Positions 52,401 through 60,087 of a stretch of DNA of 60,087 bases are shown here, in pieces. Source of the DNA: Microthyrium microscopicum (lineage: Eukaryota); contig MU004233.1 of NCBI GenBank assembly GCA_010405405.1, forward strand, positions 633,835 to 693,921, read 5' to 3'. The notes under the pieces are model-generated. The model made no database searches. It saw only the letters and a list, made by a program, of their open reading frames with translations, and was not told the DNA's origin. How positions within the stretch are numbered: position 1 is the first letter of the stretch; every line of letters starts with the position of its first letter. The translations under genes and the position numbers were made by a program.

Positions 52401-53899
52401 ACTTTATATTTATAGAATAATTAGTCTATACTTAATTATTCTAGAGAATTATAGTTCTTACTCTTAATTTTATTTATATCTTAAATATTACTTTACTCTT
52501 CCTTAAACTTCTTAAAAATTAGCCTAAGGTGCTTTAAGTAGGTCTAATTAAAGCATAGTAGTACCTATTTAAGTAAATCCTAATAAGAGATATAAGAGGG
52601 ATAAGTTGCTATAATTAGAATAGGTATATATTAAAGTATATATCTAAATAAAGCCTATTATAGAGAAGTATAATTATAGTTAATGCATTAGGATTAAACG
52701 CTATTTAAATTTAGATACTATATTAGGTTTTTTAAGATTTATATATTTATATAAGCCTATTAGATTTATAAAAGCTTAACTAAGTTTATAGATTATCTTA
52801 GTATAAAAGATAATATAATATTTATAGTTATTAGTAGTAGACATAATACTAAAATAAATAAAGATATTAAGTATAAAGATAAAGTTAAATAAGCAAGCTA
52901 AGAATTAAAACTAGTAATAATTATTATAAGTAAGTCCTAGATTTAGATAGTAAAGTTACTTAGACTAGTAGTTTATTATTAAAGTTATAAAAAGATATAG
53001 CCTTTCCTATCTAATTAAATAGAACTTAATACCTTAAGTTTAAGCCTTCTTAACCTTTAGTTCCTTATTTTTATCTTTTTCTATCTTTCTCTCCTTTATT
53101 ACCTTTTTCTTAGCCTTTAAATATAAATAAAGTAGATAATAGAATTAATCCTAATAAAGAAAGTAGTTACGTAGCTAAATCTTTTCTAATTTATCTAAGT
53201 ATATTAATAATGCTAGTATTATAATATAGTATAATTTACTAATCTTCTACTAATAGAGATAATAAATTTACTTATAGAAAAGCTAAAATTAAAGGATTAA
53301 ACTATTAATTTTCATTTTTAAGGAAGTTCTAATATTATAAATAAATAGAAGGAAAATTAGTAGAATACTCTATTAGAATATTAGCTTAGATTATTAATTA
53401 CTTAATAATATAAATAATATAGCTTTATAATTCTTCCTAAGCTCTTTACCTAAGATTCTAGTAAGAGCTATAAAAACTAATAGTACTATATTATTTACTT
53501 TATAAGTTAATATTACTAAGAAAAAAAAATATAAATAAAATAATATTTATAAATAGATATAGCTAGGTTATATCTTATAAATATACGCTAGAAAATATTT
53601 AGCTAAATAAATACTCTATAAGCTATAAGGCGTTATTATTTATTCTTATTATTCTTCTATCTCTCTCTAGATTCTTTTAGCTATTAGATATATCTATTAG
53701 TCTAGTTAAGATATTTAAATTTACTATAAAAGCGCATTTTATATATTAATAATAATAATATTAACTTTAAGTATATTTTCTAATATCTTATATTATTAAT
53801 AATTTAATAGTAGTACTTTAACCCTTACTATAAACTAAACTAATTATATATAAAGTTATTTATTAAATTTATTATCTCTAGGCTTTATCTTAATTATAA

Positions 53900-56800
53900 C
53901 TAAACTCTTTTTAATATTTTAGTATATATTATTTTTAATATTCTTTAGGTATTTCTATATCTCTTCTATAAATAGAAAAGCTAGGGCTTCCTTAGGTTAG
54001 GACACTAATTTAGTTAACTTAGGCTAAGTTAGTCTTAATTTAAGATATATCTATAAATCCTTAAGTCTTATTAGTTATACTACTTAATTTTTAGAATAAG
54101 CCTTTATAAAACCTATAGTATTTAATTAAAGCTTATTAATATTCTATAATAGTATATTAATTAGATTATTATTTAAGTATAATACGTTAATTAAGATATA
54201 CTTTACTATATTACCTACTTAAAGAACTCTTCTAATACCCTAAGTCTAATTACTTAGTAATATTAGAATAGATATTATAATTAGATACTTTACTTACTAT
54301 TAGTTACTTTTAGTACTATAACTACTATACATTCTAACTAAAACCTAAATATTCTTATTAAAGAGGTATTTACCTACTCTTAATAGCATTTAACTACTTA
54401 TAGTAGACTTTAGAATATTTTAGAAAAAGTAATAGATATTAGCTTTATTACGTAAAGATAAGCTAGTTCTTAAATAGCCTACTTTAATTAAAAATAACTT
54501 TTTACTTAATATACTAATTTTAGTAAAATAAAGTACTTAGAGATTAAATTTCTTAATTATATATTAAAGCGCTATTATAATTATACTAGCAAAAGTAAAA
54601 TACTTTATAATAATTAAGACCTTACCTTATTATAAGCTTTATTCCTTTTACTTTTTATTAAGAAAGTACGTTTCTAGGTTAGTATAGACTTTTTTAATAA
54701 TCTTTATTACGTACTATATTTAAGCGCTTATCTTTAAAAACTAAAAGGCTTTTTTAATAAAAAGATTATCTTTAAACTTAGCTAGTTTCTTAGAGTTAAG
54801 CTTTAGAAATAGGCTACTATTAATTCTTACTAGTATATAATAAAGATTATCTTTAGTTTATCCTTTAATTTTCTTTACTTATTTTAATATTAATAGATAA
54901 GGCACCTTAATAATAAGTTTATAATATATAATCTTAGTAGAGGTTTAGTAGACTATATAGTTAGCTAGCTTAGCTTATATCTATTTAGCTTAATATAGTT
55001 TACTTTTATACTAAGTACTAGAGTTATTAATAATAGTTATCTTTAGTTTATTTATTTACGCCACTATATATTTATTAAGCTTATTTATAAGCTATATTAC
55101 TTCTAAGTCTATTATATTAATAATAATAAGCCTTATTTTATTTAAAGGTAGCATAATACACTTTTAATTAAAAAGCTCTATATCTATTATATAGCAGAGT
55201 TTAAATAAGGTATATATATTAGCTAAAGTAGTACTTACTTAAACTTATTCTCTTATAAGCTATTTCTCTTCTCTTTTATTAAAATACTTACGTAATCTTA
55301 TATCTTTCGTAATAAGTATAGTAATCTAACTAGAAATAATATTAAGTAATAAAAAGGTAAATAATATATAGTTATTAATAAAGATTACCTAATCTTTCTT
55401 TAATTCCTATTTAAGAAACTCCTTAATATCTTTATTAGTATTAAAGAAGTAAATATATTATATATTCGCTAAGTAAGTAATTAGGTTTAGTTAGCTTACT
55501 ATAGTATTATAATATATCTTAAATTAACCTAATATAGTAGCTCTAGACTATATACTATAATAGTACTTTAATAATATATAACTAAGTATATAGGTTTCTT
55601 TATTAATATTAGAATAAGTTAGGTTATTTAGTATTTAATATCTATAAAACTTATTTAAAACTAAGACTTTAACTATAAAGTATTTTTAACTACGTAGGTA
55701 TTTATCTCTATTTACTACTAATTCTATATTAGTATAGAGGTAGTTCTTAGGTTTTAGAGTTCTATAATATTTAGTTTTCTATTTTTCTAACTACGCTTAT
55801 AAAAGTCTTATAATTAGTTATAAAACTTAAGATATATATAAACCTAATATTATTAGTATAATAATACTAGTCTGCTTAAGTATTCTAAAATTAGTTTTAA
55901 AATTAGTAAAAAGTCTATACGCATAGGAGACTTTATTTAGAAATATAAACTTAGGTTTTATGCTTAAATAGTTAATATAGAGGGTAAATACCTAGTTAGG
56001 CTTACTTTTATATTTTAAGGTATTAATTACTTTTTCTTATTCGTTTAACTAAACTAAGATTATAGATATAATTATTTATATATAGTTTATATTAATAGTA
56101 AGAGTACTATACTAGTAGTTTTTAGAATTAATATAAGTTATAGTAGATTTTAATTATACTAGTAATTTCTTAAAGTAATAATATATTATAAGTTAGTTAA
56201 GACTTTTTAACTACGTATAAGGACCTTTCTCTTTATTTTTAAAGCCTTAATAATTAAGAACCTAAATATCTAATAGATATCTCTTAAGAAGCTTAGGTTT
56301 CTTTTCCTTTATAAGGCGCTACTTCTTTATATATATTACTATACTTTTAATTTATTAACTATTTATCTAAATAGTAACTAGTATTTAGATAGTCTTCCCT
56401 AAGCCTAGAACGTTTATAATATAAAGGCTTTATATAAGAATAATATACTTATATATAATTATTACTCTAATAGCTTAATAAATTTAAATATTAACTTTAA
56501 ATTTAGGAATAATAAAGTTTAATATATTATTCTTATCTTTATAGTTAAAGAATACGTATATTTCTCTTTAGTCTTTAAGTATTAAGTATTTATAAGTTTT
56601 ACTTTATAATAATCTTATATAGAAGCTTATAGTAAAGAAAGCTTTTAAATCCTTATCTTTAACTATTTTAGACTCTCTATATTCTATATATATATTATAA
56701 AATAGTTTAGCTTATAAAGCTTTAGTATATAGAGCTTTACCTATTATAGAAGACTTAAGTATAATAGATTTACGTTTAGTATAGTTAAAGTAGTTAATAA

Positions 56801-58800
56801 GAAAACTAGTTTATTCTTAAATATATTTATTTTTAGAAGTCTTTAGCATATAAAAGCTAATAGTATTAAGTATTAGTTTATATATATTAGATAAATAAGA
56901 TTTAATTTATTTCTTATAAGCTTATTATATATTAATTCTTACGTTACTATCTTTACTATTATAGTTATACTATTACTTATTCTTATAAAGTTATAACTCC
57001 TAGAAATATTTTATTTCTATACTACGTAATATATTTACTTTATTCTATAAAGAAGATAGTAAGTCTAATAATTAAGATTTAGATAGTATAGTAACCTTTT
57101 TTATAATTAAATTAATTACTTTAGTAGCTATAGAGTTATCTAGTATAGTAATATCTTTCTTAGTTAAGTCTTTAGTATTTATAGAAATATTTACTATAAG
57201 TAGTAATAATTCTAAGTTATTAATAGTAAAATTAATAATATTTATAGCGCTAGTAAGATTAATAACGCGCTTAGAAGAACTTAAAGGTTTAGTATAGCTA
57301 GAAGAAAATAGCTTATTTTAAAAAGATAGCATAGTTAGAAAAGCTAGCATATTTAGAGAGCTATAGCGTTTTCTTAAGTAATTAAGAAGGAGTTTAGCTA
57401 TTATTAGATAACTTAATTTTTATAAGGTAAAAGGTAATATAATATAATCTAGAGTAGTAGAATTAGGTCTCTATAAATAACACATTTTAGATAGATAATT
57501 AATATTTATAGAAATTAACACTTATACTTTGCTATTTCTTATCTATATATTACTAGTAGGAGGCTTAAAGCTTTAAGGTTACGTAAGTCTATTACTATCT
57601 AGAGGTAGTACTTAATCTTATTATATACTCTCTATCTCTAGCTTAATAACGCGCTCTTTAAGTCCTTAAAAAGATATAGTAGTAGTATTTATAGGTCTAG
57701 CGCTATCTAGAAGTAATACTTAATCTTATTATATACTCCTTATCTCTAGCTTAATAATACACTCTTTAAGTCCTTAAGAAGATATAGTAGTAGTATTTAT
57801 AGGTCTAGCGCTATCTAGAAGTAATACTTAATTTTATTATATACCCTTTATCTTTAGCTTAACGACGTACTCTTTAAGTCCTTAAGAAGATATAGTAGTA
57901 ATATTTATAGGTCTAGCGCTATCTAGAAGTAGTACTTAATCTTATTACATGCCTCCTATTTCTAGCTTAATAATAGGCTCTTTAAGTCCTTAAGAAGATA
58001 TAATAGTAGTATTTATAGGTCTAGCACTATCTAGAAGTAGTACTTAATCTTATTATATACTCTCTATTTCTAGCTTAATAATACGCTCTTTAAGTCCTTA
58101 AGAAAATATAGTAGTAGTATCTATAAATTTAGTACTATCTAGAAGTAATACTTAATCTTATTATATACTTCCTATCTTTATATTAGTAGTAGTATTCTAA
58201 GGCTATAATATTTAGATTAATAAGCTTAAAGGAGTATAATATTCTTAGCTACTATTCTTATTAATTGCTTCTAAGATTAGAATTAATTTTGTCTTTACCT
58301 TCTTACGTTTAGACTTACCTCTATTTTTTCTACTAGATAGGCTTATTTATACTAAAGTTTATTATTCTTTATAATTATAAGAACTAGATTTATTCTTAAA
58401 TTTCTTTCTATTTATAGATACTAAAAGATTATAACTACTACTAACTTTTTCTATATTATTCTTATTATTATTATACTTTTACTTTATTCTACTAGATAGT
58501 ACTAATAGAAATTCTAAGTTTTTCTCTTTAGAATTATCTAGATTATTATTTAACTCTATTTTAGAATCTTTAACTAAGCTATCTTTAGAATCCTTATTTA
58601 AGCTATCTTTATTATCTTTAGTAACCTTACTATCTTTATTATTTTTAATAACTTTACTATTTTTATTATCTTTAGTAACCTTATTATCTTTATTAAATTA
58701 GTTAAGAATAAAATCTTTATATATATTATATTTATACGTTAATAGTTTAGTAATAAAGGTAGATTAAGTAGTTAGCTAAGAATCTATATAAGGTTAAGTA
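53900..58800 (-). pseudogene. RIP-destroyed SNF2-family (SF2) helicase/ATPase with long repetitive N-terminus
   Basis: All motifs lie in one minus frame. Motif I is NVLGLGKTI* (GLGKT at 56391-56405) and motif II is VLVLNKFY = LDEFH (~55645). Motif III is SRAT = SGAT (~55540) and motif IV is GKVLII (~54615). Motif V is VLVRMYSSYSTKSN (~54320) and motif VI is *GIRRVL*VGN = QGIGRVLRVGN (54210-54242). Ends are approximate. Confidence 0.8.
57595..58175 (-). repeat. 108-bp (36-codon) tandem repeat, ~5.3 copies, in frame with the SNF2 relic
   Basis: CTATCTAGARGTARTACTTAAT recurs at 57595, 57703, 57811, 57919, 58027 and 58135. Confidence 0.92.
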
Positions 58801-59344
58801 TAAGGTTTCTTATTACGTCTATTTTAAAATAAAGAAGAAGAGCTTAAAGTAAAAGTAACTAAGGTTTTATACTTTTATTTATTAGTATAAGTTTTCTTTA
58901 AAAAAGATTTAACCTAAATAACTTTAAAAACAATTTTTCTTAACCTATAGAGATTATTATAAATAACTCTAGTAAAATTATATATATCTAAACTTATTAA
59001 AATAGTTTAATTATCCTATACTTAACTTATATTATGAATTATATTTAGATTTTTAGATAGGTCTAACTTTAAGCTTATTATATCTTTAAAGTACTTTATA
59101 TTAATTTTAACTATATATTTATAGATATTTATATTTATTTTAGATAAGTTAAAGGAGCCTAGTTTATATATATCTTTTAAGTCTAGTATAACCTATTTTT
59201 ATAAAGAGTCCTTAGTAAATACTAGTATAATTATATTAAAGTCTTTACTATCTTAAGCATTAGTTTCTTAAAAAATAGATAAGGACTATTAGGTTTTATA
59301 GTATTTCTTTAAAGTAGGCTTTTTTTTTTTAATTATATACGTAT

Positions 59345-59512
59345 AGAAGGGTCTAGTAAAGCTAAAGAAGGTAGCTAAGTAAATCTAGATAGTATATAGC
59401 TATTACTAGAGGTATATATATAAAATTAGAAAGGGTCTAGTAGAGCTAAAGAAAGTAGTTAGATAAATCTAAGTAGTATATAGCTATTACTAGAGATATA
59501 TACATAAGATTA
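59345..59512. repeat. 84-bp direct repeat, 2 copies
   Basis: GGGTCTAGTARAGCTAAAGAA at 59349 and 59433. Confidence 0.8.
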
Positions 59513-60087
59513 GCTATATTATAGTATATTACTATAATAATTTTCTAAGGTACCTTAAAAAAAGTTATTATTACCTTTATTAGTATAGCTTAGTACTATA
59601 TTTTTATTAGTATTAAATTACTATAAAGTTTAATATAAGCTATAGCTATTAGGACTTAGCTAAGGTAGAATTATACCTCTAAATCTAAATATTATAAAGT
59701 TATACTAAGTTAGGTTACGCTATATAGATAGTAAAAGTTATATTTTATAATAGCTAGGCTACTACTATAGTTAATAGTAGATATTACTATTTTAAAAGCC
59801 TAGTAGTAGCATTATATAGCCTTAGTATCTATATTAGTTAAATAAAAGATAAGACGTAGCTAAACTTAGGCTATTACTCTATAGTTATAGTACGTTTAGT
59901 AATATGCTATTAATAGAGTTTAAATAGTAAGTATAATTTCCTTATAGTCTATTTATAGTTTTATAAGGCTAGTTAGGAAGCTAGGAATAGTATAGCTAAT
60001 ATCCTCTAAAAGTAGAATTACTATATATATCTTTATTATTAAATATTATAAACGCTTAGGTTATTTATAGAATAATTAGAATTATAT

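Larger units (their letters stand above)
38500..60087. other. AT-rich, RIP-mutated heterochromatin-like block
   Basis: CpA and TpG are almost absent, TpA/TAG/TAA are abundant, and the ORF track has no ORFs past 38365. Confidence 0.95.

Noticed and set aside
57595..58175. 108-bp repeat as a Sel1/Pumilio repeat or CRISPR-like array
   Set aside because: The reconstructed peptide lacks Sel1 or Pumilio consensus. The units are contiguous with no unique spacers, and the genome is eukaryotic.
42072..60087. Definite Starship call, or organelle DNA insertion
   Set aside because: No DUF3435 captain or element boundary is visible. The dinucleotide bias (loss of CpA/TpG, excess TAG/CTA) indicates RIP rather than mitochondrial AT-richness.

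Overview
Filamentous ascomycete (Pezizomycotina) genomic window with two compartments. Bases 1-38.3 kb are gene-dense with spliceosomal introns. They hold an LSM12-like 3' end, an F-box-like protein, a secreted alpha/beta hydrolase, CIA84-like PPR, three tandem orphan genes, cullin-3, Zim17/Tim15, cutinase, alpha-COP, a membrane protein, GH6, GH131, a Ure2-like GST, RFT1, ATG7 and a HET-6-like 3' fragment. Bases 38.3-60 kb are extremely AT-rich and mutated by RIP (repeat-induced point mutation), with no intact ORFs. Reversing the RIP changes by hand reveals two things there. The first is a Ty3/Gypsy chromovirus whose 3' LTR interrupts the HET-6-like gene. The second, after an assembly gap, is an ~18 kb multi-gene relic with no recognisable transposase or RT. 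It carries a very large SNF2-family helicase (motifs I-VI in one frame) and other repeat-containing ORFs, and is a candidate giant multi-copy mobile element. Other highlights: a shared ~95-aa domain in the three orphan genes, a hairpin-containing long GST intron, a duplicated palindromic promoter element, and overlapping stop codons of zim17 and the cutinase. Reverse-RIP readings and exon models are manual and need computational confirmation.
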